A model generated the notes under the pieces. It ran no database searches. It saw only the letters and a program-made list of their open reading frames with translations, and was not told the DNA's origin. The translations under genes were made by a program, and so were the position numbers. A DNA stretch of 63,957 nucleotides, filler included, from Octopus bimaculoides (Eukaryota): assembly GCF_001194135.2 (NCBI RefSeq). It is 10 parts of 7 records of this genome, joined end to end, with 100 filler letters (N's around TTAATTAATTAA, not from the genome) between each part and the next. Parts side by side here need not be neighbours in the genome. Positions count along the whole stretch, not along the records: positions 45,669 to 53,006 come from NC_068981.1; positions 53,107 to 57,027 come from NC_069005.1; positions 57,128 to 59,471 come from NW_026407320.1; positions 59,572 to 61,898 come from NC_068998.1; positions 61,999 to 63,957 come from NC_068998.1; 5 more parts are not named here. One strand, written 5' to 3'. Below are positions 50,961 through 63,857 of the stretch, in pieces. Each line of letters begins with the position of its first letter. Within the stretch, counting starts at the first letter, position 1.

Positions 50961-52247
50961 AGCATAGACACAATGGCGCGCACACACATGAGTAATTTAT
51001 TTATCAGCTTTCTGTTTGCTGGTGTTTTATCGCAATGTTTAGCTTTCATTTTACCTAAGACTGTTGCTTTTTTGTTCTGAATAGAAGCAATAAAAATGTC
51101 ATAGACAGAAAAGACATCAAAGGGGGTAAGAGATAAAGCGTCGGTGAACTCAATGCGTTTTGTTATTTCATGGATTTGCTATTCCATGATATAAAATATT
51201 ATGAGTTATAGCAAATTACACATATTAACTTGGTCATAACCGAGCATTGACTCAAGAGTCTCATCTAGGACTTTGTTATCTAAAGTGTACTTTTTAAACA
51301 CAATTGATGTATGATATGAAGGAGACTTATGTATGTTTCCTTCAGCACTTATTTTAGGTTTTTCCCTTTGTATAATTCAATTCAGTCACTAACCAGGTAG
51401 AAAAGACTCTTTTGTTCATGCCAAGACAGCTCTTTGAGTTTGAAGTTACCTAAATTTGTTATTGTATGTATACATATGTTCGTGTTCATAAATGTATGCA
51501 TTACGTATGTATGTGCGTCATGTAGTTCGTGAGCGTTACAAGGAACATGTAATCCTATACTTATGTGCTCGGGGTGTTGGCTGCGAAACTGACACATCCT
51601 ATTCCAGGCTAGCCAGGTGGGAAGGTTTGCAAGAAACCTAGCATAACAAAAACGATACATATTAAAACAACGACTGAATCCAGAAACTTAAATTCCTGCT
51701 TGTGTTTTACAAACTGTAAAACCACTGATACTATTTATCTTTTTCAAAGCATGTCTCTTAGAAAAGGCTACTCTGATATAAATCCCGCTCTACAGAGGAT
51801 GGGCTTGACCATTTGGGTCTCTCCAGTGACAGCTAATTCTCTCTTAGTCTATCCACGAGACTGTAACCTTTATTGACACAAAGTCTCTTTCTTCAGCTCG
51901 TTTCTGGATCATGCTAACAAAACGTTGGAGCTTTGTAAGTTGTTGTACATGCCCGATTAAACCTAGAACTCTGCATGAGCATTGCTGACACTCCGTTGAC
52001 TCGTGATGGTCTTCTTTGCTGGCGAATAAGGAAATCTTGTTTTTCAAACTTCAGGATGTCAAAACCTCGCTTATTTTATGCATCAAGCAGACTTGGTAGG
52101 ATTGCTAGTTTAGTTAGCGACCACGTGGTCATGCAACAGGATGTGCAGCGTTAAATTCTACCAACAGCAATCACGAACGGCTTGAAACTCATTTACGCAC
52201 ATACCACACGTATGTATGTATGTATGTATGTATGTGTGATACACTGA

Positions 52248-52320
<73 letters not shown>

Positions 52321-52548
52321 CGGCAATAAGAAAATGGAGGGTATTCATCAACTTTTAGACATTATATTATGTCTATTTATTTATTTAAAAAAACAATTAT
52401 AATAATATACATACATGTATAACAGATTATACTTTACATATATAAAAATACCAGTAATTATTAAAATATATAACATTGAACATAGAAAGTAGAATAGTTA
52501 TAAACAACAAACAAGTGTATTAGTTTAACGCTCGAGAAGGTGAGAAAG

Positions 52549-52584
52549 TCTTTTACGTTTCGCACCTACGCTATTCAACAGAAA
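52549..52584 (-). ncRNA. Degenerate minimal hammerhead-like motif of a second PLE pLTR family
   Basis: ttt-CTGTTGA-a-tagc(gtag)gtgc-GAAA-CG-T-A-aaaga. The core has an A-to-T change and stem II is broken. Confidence 0.45.
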
Positions 52585-52936
52585 TTGAACACGAGGAAAT
52601 AAACAGAGAGAGTATAAAAAATTCTTTGGAGCCAGCGGTCAATCTTATAGGTTGATAAAATCCAATCCATCAACATGTAACTATTTCTATTGTACTCTAG
52701 CTCTGATGAGATTCCACCGAATATCATTCAAAATGCTATTTTATTCTAATCTTTGGATTTATTCCAATCTTTGAATTTGCAATTATATATTGGACTGAAC
52801 TGAAACGTATGTAGGCTTTATTTTGGCAGTATGTTAATAAATTAATTTTATATCCTTTCTCTTTCAATTTCACTCCCTCTCTGTCTTAATCTGTCTGTGT
52901 CTCTCCCGATATTTATTTCACTATGTATATCTCGAT

Positions 52937-53006
<70 letters not shown>

Positions 53007-53106
53007 NNNNNNNNNNNNNNNNNNNNNNNNNNNNNNNNNNNNNNNNNNNNTTAATTAATTAANNNNNNNNNNNNNNNNNNNNNNNNNNNNNNNNNNNNNN
53101 NNNNNN

Positions 53107-53140
<34 letters not shown>

Positions 53141-53569
53141 CATATATATGTACATATATGTATGTTTGTATGTATATATATGTGGTGTGTGTGTGTGTGT
53201 GTGTCCACAGACCCACACACATAGGGACACAGATAGATGCAGTGATTGGTTCATAGATTATATCGGTTACATTGAATATATATATATATATGTATATAGG
53301 AGCGTCGTTTTATATGTATGTGTGTGTTTCTGGGCCTGTGCATGTGTGTATGTGTGTTAGAGTGTGTTTTATCAATATAAGAGAGAATGTAAATTGGTGG
53401 AATGCATGTGAGTATGGCATATATTGTGTGCGGCTGTGTAAAGACGAGTTTCTACATGGCATGCCTATATGTCGATGTGTTCGTGTAAGCTTATACATGC
53501 TCGACTGAGTGTGTATATATATATAAATATAAAAACACACACACACATATATATAATGTACAAGGAATA

Positions 53570-53940
53570 AAGATACGACCTACTAAGAGATTCTTGCTGT
53601 AAGAACACGTGTCTTGACGAATTTGTTATAACACGCCTGGAGTCTTCAAGCAATTTTCTTAAATTTAGGAAAAATTTCATTGATACCTTTAGTCAATTAC
53701 GCCTCAAAATCGTTGCTGCCATCAACCTGTCAAAAATCGAACTTTTACATGTTTCCCTAGATCTAAACACCCGCTCATATAATGTGTACTGTAAACCAAA
53801 CGAGAAACTCTCCTACATACACAGACAATCCTGTCATCCCTATAGTGTCTAAAAACCTGATAGCTAACATCAGTAATAGGATATCTAACCGCTTTTCATC
53901 GAAATAAATATTTGATAAGGCAGTCTCCTACCATAATATT
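53570..53940 (+). mobile_element. Decayed Penelope-like RT/thumb fragment (third PLE type)
   Basis: LKIVAAINLSKIELLHVSLDLNTRSYNVYCKPNEKLSYIHRQSCHP/KNLIANISNRIS...IFDKA matches the FLDVTLxL...YxKPN..LYIH..SNHP...ISRRIS pattern. Confidence 0.65.
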
Positions 53941-54777
53941 ATAATATATATTTTAATATCAAGTTATGTTTAAAAACAATTCAATTTAAGCCATCTAGGT
54001 TCTCCATCAAATGCAATATTTATTTATCCAGGTTGTTTTAAATTAGCCTTGCCCTATGTTGTAGCTTCCAAATTTTGATGATCTAATCGTTTGAATGGTA
54101 TTGTAGTTTAGGTTTAAGAGGCCGGATCTGGTTGGTTTGACTATAAAACAGTTGTTTTATACAAATATGAGCATTCTAAATGCGGAAACATTAATTCGTT
54201 TTTGTGTTTGGCATGCAAGATCCTTGATGCAAATTCTTGAGTTGGATCAAGTCTTGTTGTGTCTTGGGAAGATCATTACTCCAACCATAATAAACACACG
54301 CACTGTTTCAATATCACTTCTTTATTGTTAGTCAATCAGTTAAATATCTAACCAATCAATTAATCGATCGTTTGTCTCATGTGAACTTGAAGAGAGAGGG
54401 CAAGTTGTTGAAGAGGTTGCGAATAGAGATGAAAGGACATTGATAAACAACCGATTGATGGTTTAATCAACACATTAAATAAACGATCGATCAGATAGTT
54501 TCTTAAAAATGTGACTGATTGAATGACAATAATGAAGTTATATCGGACCAGTGTGTGTTTATTATCACTGGCATGATGACCTACAGAAGATACGACAAAA
54601 GTACAGTACATCTTTAAGTTCGACGCTACTGTCATCCATCGACTTATAAAGCCCATACATACACACAGATACACACAGACACACACTGACACACATACGC
54701 ACACGCACGTGAGCGCGATTTCCGGGGAATTTCTGTTCCTTTGCATCGCGAGCTATATGCGTATATGTGTTTATATG

Positions 54778-54815
<38 letters not shown>

Positions 54816-55201
54816 AGGAGGTAATGATATATACATACATACATGCATACATACATTCATACACACATGTATATGTCTGTATGCATATTTACATAAATGA
54901 GTTTAAAAATACACGCACATACACACACGCGCATATATGTATGTATGTATATAAGTATGCATATATGTAGATATGTATGTATATAAATATATACATATAC
55001 ATATATGTACATATATGTATATACATATATATGTATATACATATATATAATTATGTATCATTATATATATATGTGTGAGTGTATGTATATACATATATAT
55101 GAATGTATTTAAATACACGTGTGTGTGTGAGAGCTTGTGTGTGTGTTTGTGTGTTTGTGTATGTATCTAAGAATGGAAAGGGTTTCAATATGTATATATA
55201 C

Positions 55202-55250
<49 letters not shown>

Positions 55251-56592
55251 TATACACACACATGCACACAAACACTAATATATATAAATATGTATGTATG
55301 TATGTATGTATGTGTAAATATATAATAATAAGGTTTACCGCTATAAATCGTAGACAAATATTTACCATAACGACGACGGCCACAACAACAGAAGCAACAA
55401 CAACAACAACAACAACAGCTATGCAGGAGGTTGACCGAAAAGGACAACAACGACAGCGCCATCTTCATCTCCGTCATCACCAACTGTTAAGCAAGTATTT
55501 AATTTAAAACTTCTCCATACAATCTATAGGAGGGTCATAGATTAATTATCATCTGAAGAATTCGGTTTGAAGTTGTTCCAAACGGTTGCCAAAATTACCA
55601 ATGTCTTTATCAACGCTGGCATCGTTGTGTTTCATTAACAGTAGGATGTGGGTGATGTGTGGTTGTGGTGATGGTGGTGGAGGTAGAAACGGTAGCAATG
55701 GTGGTGGTGGTGGTGGTGGTGNNNNNNNNNNNNNNNNNNNNNNNNNNNNNNNNNNNNNNNNNNNNNNNNNNNNNNNNNNNNNNNNNNNNNNNNNNNNNNN
55801 NNNNNNNNNNNNNNNNNNNNNNNNNNNNNNNNNNNNNNNNNNNNNNNNNNNNNNNNNNNNNNNNNNNNNNNNNNNNNNNNNNNNNNNNNNNNNNNNNNNN
55901 NNNNNNNNNNNNNNNNNNNNNNNNNNNNNNNNNNNNNNNNNNNNNNNNNNNNNNNNNNNNNNNNNNNNNNNNNNNNNNNNNNNNNNNNNNNNNNNNNNNN
56001 NNNNNNNNNNNNNNNNNNNNNNNNNNNNNNNNNNNNNNNNNNNNNNNNNNNNNNNNNNNNNNNNNNNNNNNNNNNNNNNNNNNNNNNNNNNNNNNNNNNN
56101 NNNNNNNNNNNNNNNNNNNNNNNNNNNNNNNNNNNNNNNNNNNNNNNNNNNNNNNNNNNNNNNNNNNNNNNNNNNNNNNNNNNNNNNNNNNNNNNNNNNN
56201 NNNNNNNNNNNNNNNNNNNNNNNNNNNNNNNNNNNNNNNNNNNNNNNNNNNNNNNNNNNNNNNNNNNNNNNNNNNNNNNNNNNNNNNNNNNNNNNNNNNN
56301 NNNNNNNNNNNNNNNNNNNNNNNNNNNNNNNNNNNNNNNNNNNNNNNNNNNNNNNNNNNNNNNNNNNNNNNNNNNNNNNNNNNNNNNNNNNNNNNNNNNN
56401 NNNNNNNNNNNNNNNNNNNNNNNNNNNNNNNNNNNNNNNNNNNNNNNNNNNNNNNNNNNNNNNNNNNNNNNNNNNNNNNNNNNNNNNNNNNNNNNNNNNN
56501 NNNNNNNNNNNNNNNNNNNNNNNNNNNNNNNNNNNNNNNNNNNNNNNNNNNNNNNNNNNNNNNNNNNNNNNNNNNNNNNNNNNNNNNNNNNN

Positions 56593-56637
<45 letters not shown>

Positions 56638-56907
56638 ATATATATATGCTTGTGTATGCGTATCAATTTTTGTATATATATCAGCATTTTCTCATCTTAA
56701 TCTCTCATATCTCTTTATTGAAACAGTCAATAGGTGTGCGTGTTTGTCTGTGTGCATGCGTGTGCGTCTGTGCGTGTGCATGTGTGTGTGTGTGTGTGTC
56801 GTGTATACAAACACACATATACATAGATATAATTACATATGCGTAGATTCGAACAAATACGCATAAATATATGTATATACATATGTATCTGTATTTATAC
56901 ATATGCT

Positions 56908-56977
<70 letters not shown>

Positions 56978-56986
56978 CATACATGT

Positions 56987-57027
<41 letters not shown>

Positions 57028-57127
57028 NNNNNNNNNNNNNNNNNNNNNNNNNNNNNNNNNNNNNNNNNNNNTTAATTAATTAANNNNNNNNNNNNNNNNN
57101 NNNNNNNNNNNNNNNNNNNNNNNNNNN

Positions 57128-57179
<52 letters not shown>

Positions 57180-57419
57180 GCACAGAGATCTCACCAATGT
57201 GTCATGGGTTTGACACATGAAATCAATGAATAAATAAAGGATAATTGAATTTGCAGAAAAATGAGAAAAAATACCAACAATTTTAATGAGAAAAAAAGAA
57301 AACAGACATTGCCAAGCATAAAGAGCGCTTTAACTAATATGTAACCACGAAATAATACATATACGCATGCATATATGTGTATGTGTGTATATACACATAT
57401 ATACATACGTTTATGTAAG

Positions 57420-57454
<35 letters not shown>

Positions 57455-57784
57455 NNNNNNNNNNTATATATATATATATATATATATATACACGTATATA
57501 CACATATATATACATATACATATATGTGTGTGTGTGCGCGTATACATCTGTACATGCAAACATTTGCACATAGGTGTATACATATTTACATATGCATATA
57601 TATATATACACACGTGCATATAGACATGTGCATATACACATAAACATACATACATATGTATGTATACTTATGTACACATATACATACATATACACATATA
57701 TACATGCGTACATATAAATATACACATAAACATATATGTATGCACACACATATATGTATACATATATGTATGTATATATATATA

Positions 57785-57825
<41 letters not shown>

Positions 57826-59049
57826 NNNNNNNNNNNNNNNNNNNNNNNNNNNNNNNNNNNNNNNNNNNNNNNNNNNNNNNNNNNNNNNNNNNNNNNNNNN
57901 NNNNNNNNNNNNNNNNNNNNNNNNNNNNNNNNNNNNNNNNNNNNNNNNNNNNNNNNNNNNNNNNNNNNNNNNNNNNNNNNNNNNNNNNNNNNNNNNNNNN
58001 NNNNNNNNNNNNNNNNNNNNNNNNNNNNNNNNNNNNNNNNNNNNNNNNNNNNNNNNNNNNNNNNNNNNNNNNNNNNNNNNNNNNNNNNNNNNNNNNNNNN
58101 NNNNNNNNNNNNNNNNNNNNNNNNNNNNNNNNNNNNNNNNNNNNNNNNNNNNNNNNNNNNNNNNNNNNNNNNNNNNNNNNNNNNNNNNNNNNNNNNNNNN
58201 NNNNNNNNNNNNNNNNNNNNNNNNNNNNNNNNNNNNNNNNNNNNNNNNNNNNNNNNNNNNNNNNNNNNNNNNNNNNNNNNNNNNNNNNNNNNNNNNNNNN
58301 NNNNNNNNNNNNNNNNNNNNNNNNNNNNNNNNNNNNNNNNNNNNNNNNNNNNNNNNNNNNNNNNNNNNNNNNNNNNNNNNNNNNNNNNNNNNNNNNNNNN
58401 NNNNNNNNNNNNNNNNNNNNNNNNNNNNNNNNNNNNNNNNNNNNNNNNNNNNNNNNNNNNNNNNNNNNNGGAAGAAGAAGAAGAAGAACAAGAACAAGAA
58501 TGAAAGGGAGAAATAGGAGGAGGAGAGAAGAAGAACAAGAACAAGAACAAGAATGAAAGGAAGGAGAAGTAGGTGGAGGAGAGAAGAAGAAGAATGAGTG
58601 CAAAAAAAGCCATTTGTGAGTTTTTGTTGCTTTTTTTGTCTTCAAAAAGTCTTTTAAATTCCAAATTTTTCCATCTTTTTCGCACTTTTACAATCTGTTA
58701 CTGTGATTGTTTTTTGGGGGTTTTTTTGGGGGTGGGGGTTTACCCCCTTTGGGGATTGTTACGAGTAGAATACTTTAGATTATCAACTTTGTGGATCCGA
58801 ACTGACCTGGAGCTAAATGCTCAAAGTAATGAACCAACGACACAGCTTTATTGTCGGTTGCTCAACCAGATAAAGCAATATGAACGGAATTTCTTTCAGG
58901 TTGCAAAATATCTTTGGTGAAAATTAAATGGATTCATTGGAGTTGTCTTAGATACAAAAGAGGGCATGGTCGTGGCTGGAGCATCTTTGATCATAGGTCT
59001 CTCAATTGGATCAGGACTGGCCTGGGGTTAAACAACTAAAACCGCAGCT

Positions 59050-59472
59050 ACTACAATTATCAACCAACACCACTGCCACAACTACCACCAACACCATTGC
59101 TTCTTCTTAAACTACCACCGCTACTACATCTCTAAGTACCACTGGTACTACCACCATTACCGTGTCTTATATGTTATAACCATGGCCACCATCACCCATA
59201 CCATCCTTGCTACATTCAAGAATCGCCCCTGCCGCGACCCCCACCATCCCCACAACACTACTGCCACCACCACTGCTGCTAACATTGCTTCACATTCCAT
59301 ATGTGACCACCACCACTACACCCCTACTTATCACAATACTATAGCAGTGCACTAACCACTACCACTAACAAAAACAACAGTAACATCACCACCACCACTA
59401 CAACCACCACCACCACCACCACCACAACCACTATCACCACCACCACAACTACCACTATTGCCACCACCACCN
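59050..59472. repeat. Degenerate (ACC/ACT)n trinucleotide array
   Basis: Directly visible. Confidence 0.85.
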
Positions 59473-59699
59473 NNNNNNNNNNNNNNNNNNNNNNNNNNNN
59501 NNNNNNNNNNNNNNNTTAATTAATTAANNNNNNNNNNNNNNNNNNNNNNNNNNNNNNNNNNNNNNNNNNNNAAATTTCAATATAAATCTCTCCAACCTTT
59601 TATTATGAAGGGCAGCCGGAAGCGAGAGTACCTTACAAGTTAAATGTACCTTTCTTAAGTTTTATCGCTTTGATTTTTTTGTTTAACACTGCGTGTCGC

Positions 59700-59850
59700 C
59701 TAGGGGTCAGAAAATACTTGAGTGGGCAAACTAGCTGTAGGATCACTAAGTGTGAAAGGCAGACTTATGACGTATAATATAGGGAGCGGGAACAGCTTTT
59801 CCATGGGAAGGTTATTCCAAGTTGTGAACCTGGTGGGGGCCGGATAGCCA
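59700..59850 (-). mobile_element. Possible CR1-like 3' end
   Basis: Minus-strand RFTTWNNLP resembles the RVVxxWNxLP motif. Weak. Confidence 0.3.
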
Positions 59851-60004
59851 TGACAATATAATCTATGATCAACAGCCATTTTGTAAACACTGTGATCTTA
59901 GTATTATTTTGAGTTCGGGAATTCGTATTATATACGGCTAAGATGTATAAGTCACATTTTCAATTTCTTATGTATATCTACGATCTTGTTGCCCCACATG
60001 TTTT

Positions 60005-60275
60005 GCTTATTAACGTAGCTAGTGTAAAAAGTGTTACTCATTAACATAATTCATGCACAGATGCTACTTATTGACATAATTGATGCACAGATTTTTCTTA
60101 TTAATGTAATTCATGCACATATGTAGTTTATAATTCCTGTACAGGTATTGCATATTAACGTAACATATGCTCAAGTATATGTTTGTTAACGTAATTCTAG
60201 CACTGGAATTGCATATTAGCATAATTCATACATAGGTATTGCTTTTAACATAATAAATGCACAGGTGTTGCTTGT
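60005..60275. repeat. Degenerate minisatellite of about 30 bp (about 9 units)
   Basis: The TTAACATAATTCATGCACAG-like unit recurs at about 60010, 60041, 60071, 60101, 60155, 60186, 60216 and 60245. Confidence 0.85.
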
Positions 60276-60474
60276 TTATTTAATTGTGCTATGTTTATAA
60301 TTATTTAACATTTTTGGATCATATGTTTATGTATGTTGTATATGTTGTATATTCTTGCGTGTGAGTGTGTATATATATATTCTTGTATGTGAGTATGTAT
60401 ATATGTGTGTGAGAGAAAGATTGAAATAGATACATACATACATACATACATACATACATACATACATACATACA

Positions 60475-60802
60475 AAGTTCAGATTCATACCCGTGATTGT
60501 TGGGGCATTGGGATATGTAACGAACTGCCTCAACAAAAACCTGGAAAAATTAGGGTTCTCAAAACCTGAAAGAAAAAGGCTGATTAGAAGATTACTGATT
60601 CAAGCCATCAATGGAACTGTAAAGATATGTAAAACTTTCTAAAAATTTAGTACATAAATACATATGCATGCATCTAGACATGAAAATATATACATAAAAA
60701 CGCATCCATAAAACAAACATACAAATCTGCGCATACACTAACACCAAATACTGCACACACACACACACATATGCACAAATACCTAGATGATGTTGATAAA
60801 AG
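60475..60802 (+). mobile_element. Near-identical duplicate of 60838-61165, probably an assembly overlap
   Basis: Same 5' truncation point and essentially the same sequence, separated by a 10-N gap. Confidence 0.75.
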
Positions 60803-60837
60803 NNNNNNNNNNATACATACATACATACATACATACA

Positions 60838-61250
60838 AAGTTCAGATTCATACCCGTGATTGTTGGGGCATTGGGATATGTAACGAACTGCCTCAACAAA
60901 AACCTGGAAAAATTAGGGTTCTCAAAACCTGAAAGAAAAAGGCTGATTAGAAGATTACTGATTCAAGCCATCAATGGAACTGTAAAGATATGTAAAACTT
61001 TCTAAAAATTTAGTACATAAATACATATGCATGCATCTAGACATGAAAATATATACATAAAAACGCATCCATAAAACAAACATACAAATCTGCGCATACA
61101 CTAACACCAAATACTGCACACACACACACACACATATGCACAAATACCTAGATGATGTTGATAAAAGTTCCAATGAAGGAGCCTTGAATCTATGTTAGAG
61201 TCCGGCTCTTTCTCTATTGACAAGAAATACAGAAATGAAACTGACTGATA
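60838..61250 (+). mobile_element. 3' end of a second REL-type LINE family, flanked by (CATA)n
   Basis: KFRFIPVIVGALGYV...GTVKICKTF* (stop at 61003-61005) shares the IPVxxGALG motif with the element at 902-1631. The 3' UTR has a stem-loop. (TACA)n lies upstream and ACATACATGCATAC downstream. Confidence 0.8.
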
Positions 61251-61429
61251 ACATACATGCATACATTAAGCCTACTTCATTAAAACATTTTCTTAATGAT
61301 TCATTTACTTCAAATGAAATTAGAGATTTTGTGTCAACTTAAAAATATCCTGATATTGAATTTATTGCTGGTAGAAGTGCTCAAATGAAAGGGATACGGG
61401 ATGCTAAGTCTTCTACACAATCTTATATT

Positions 61430-61740
61430 TAATCATTGGTAAAGTGGTACAGTTCATCAAGATTAAAGATGACATGTTCCCGAAAGTGTTGCACAAAGGA
61501 AAAGACGGTAAAGCTATTTTCATTAATTCTGATGGTATTTCTTTCCTCAGGGATTTTGGTAAAATACTGAACAAAATTTTTCTTGACAAACTCCTGCCAC
61601 ACGTCGAATTATTCCTTCTTTATAAGTCCCAGTCAAGTTTTTTGCACTGGATGAGGATCCGACGACTGTATATGTTCAGTTCGTTATCTACAAGAAAATC
61701 GCATTGAGCAGACTCCACGTTTCCCAGATCACATCCTCCC
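61430..61740 (+). mobile_element. RTE-clade LINE RT N-terminal fragment
   Basis: GISFLRDFGKILNKIFLDKLLPHVE...KSQSSF/TG*GSDDCICSVRYLQENRIEQ corresponds to GISLL..GKIL...ESQSGFR.GRGT.D.IF..RQLQEKC.EQ. Confidence 0.75.
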
Positions 61741-61769
61741 ATCATGAAAAGGGGAAATATACATTGGAA

Positions 61770-61898
61770 GAGCAAGTGTACTCCAAAGTACACTTGCTCC
61801 TCTTCTTCTTCTTCTTCTTCTTCTTCTTCTTCTTCTTCTTCTTCTTCTTCTTCTTCTTCTTCTTCTTCTTCTTCTTCTTCTTCTTCTTCTTCTTCTTC
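61770..61898. repeat. Perfect 13-bp hairpin (61770-61799) fused to a (TTC)n run
   Basis: GAGCAAGTGTACT-CCAA-AGTACACTTGCTC, followed by more than 30 TTC units up to a gap. Confidence 0.9.
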
Positions 61899-61998
61899 NN
61901 NNNNNNNNNNNNNNNNNNNNNNNNNNNNNNNNNNNNNNNNNNTTAATTAATTAANNNNNNNNNNNNNNNNNNNNNNNNNNNNNNNNNNNNNNNNNNNN

Positions 61999-62039
<41 letters not shown>

Positions 62040-63438
62040 ATACATACATACATAAACACATACACACATATCAGCGTTGGATTAACCATTAAGCAATATA
62101 AGCGCAAGCTTAAGGCATCGAGGGAAGGAAGGTACGAAAGAAATGGTAAATTGTTTACGGCATATAAGAGTTAATGTGTTTCCGGAAAACTCGTAAAGCA
62201 GAGCAATAATCTTCCATAGTAGTAGCACCGTTAAAAATCGTAATTCATTCCCAGAGAAATATCTTACCTATAGCATTTATAAAACTTGTAAATAAATACC
62301 AATAAATGAACAGTAGAATGTAGAGAATATTTTATGCTAAGTAAAAAGAATATCAAGATAATTTATGATGAAAAATATTATTATTATAATCGTTTGCTGA
62401 ATCACTTTCACTCGTGTGCAGACTCATGCACACCATCATTTGTAGATGTGATCACCGATTCAAAAGTACTCGTAGACGAACTTGTAGGTTTCTTTTTAAA
62501 AAAACAAGTCATGAGTTACGTCATATGTAAACAAACATAAGTTTGTTGTTTTTATGAAGCGCTGAAATGTATTGTAGTATAAGTAGAAAGATATATTTTT
62601 TCAACGCGTAAATGCTGATAGAACAGCATATATATAGGACAAAATCCTTACAGAGCAGAAAGATCTGTCAGTAACCATCCAGGAGGCTCAAAAGTGGCTA
62701 GCCAACTTACAAGCTTTACTTTTGTCGATGTACCGGAAAGAAGACTGGTGGTTTGCATAACGTCTTTTCAAATTGTTTCGCATAAACCGATGTAATTTTT
62801 CTTGTCAGTTACGTTAATTTGAAGCGTTGTTGTAACGATAGGGTTTTATCATGCAGCCCTTGTCAAGTAGACAAGCATCAAACTGTCGGCAGTTACAACT
62901 GGTTATGCTTATGAGTGATAACTACTTCCTCAATATTATATATATATATATATATATATNNNNNNNNNNNNNNNNNNNNNNNNNNNNNNNNNNNNNNNNN
63001 NNNNNNNNNNNNNNNNNNNNNNNNNNNNNNNNNNNNNNNNNNNNNNNNNNNNNNNNNNNNNNNNNNNNNNNNNNNNNNNNNNNNNNNNNNNNNNNNNNNN
63101 NNNNNNNNNNNNNNNNNNNNNNNNNNNNNNNNNNNNNNNNNNNNNNNNNNNNNNNNNNATATACATATATACATGCATATATACATATAAGTATAAATAT
63201 ATGTGTGTGTACATATGTCCATATGTCTGTATGTGTGCGTGTGTGTGTGTGTGTATGTGTATGAGAGTGTGCGTCTGTATGTGTGCCTATATCTTTTTCA
63301 TGCCAATGAGAATAACTTCTGTTTTATTCAGCGGTATTTTCATTGCGTCTATTGTCAAAAAAGCCGATGAAAATGCTTCGAAGCGCTTAGCTCCGACATT
63401 TGAAACTCTGAGTTCTATTATGACAACTTACTGATTGT

Positions 63439-63485
<47 letters not shown>

Positions 63486-63821
63486 ATACATATATTTGCA
63501 TATCTAAATATATATATATACATGCATATATGCAAATATATATATATATGTGTGTATGTGTATGTGTGTATGCATTCATGTATGTATGTATGTATGTATG
63601 TATCTATGTATGCATGGATGTATGTATGTCTGTAAACATGATCAGCCGTACATACATAGTGTACGTGTTTTGTTTATATACGCACATTTAATGTGGGATA
63701 ATCCCGTGACAAATTCGAGAATAAACAAAGCACATATACTGTGTACAGCCAATAATGTTTACCTTATTAGATCTGCCTTTAATCCGAAATTTAATAAGGT
63801 ATATATATACATACATATATA

Positions 63822-63857
<36 letters not shown>

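Noticed and set aside
52701-52740. CTGATGA as another hammerhead core (also at about 4464, 10348 and 29266)
   Set aside because: No stem II followed by GAAA at the proper spacing.
30558-58685. Long ORFs of 250-430 aa in the track
   Set aside because: They consist of X from gaps plus YI/CV/HT dipeptide repeats from microsatellites.
60431-61165. Apparent tandem duplication of the LINE end
   Set aside because: Near-identical copies with the same truncation, split by a 10-N gap. This is most likely overlapping contig ends, so it was counted as one insertion.
6506-61954. Recurring TTAATTAATTAA between N-runs (6506, 29700, 38991, 41845, 45613, 53051, 57072, 59516, 61943)
   Set aside because: It is always embedded in Ns and places stops in all six frames. 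It is an assembly spacer, not biology, and not a CRISPR-like repeat.
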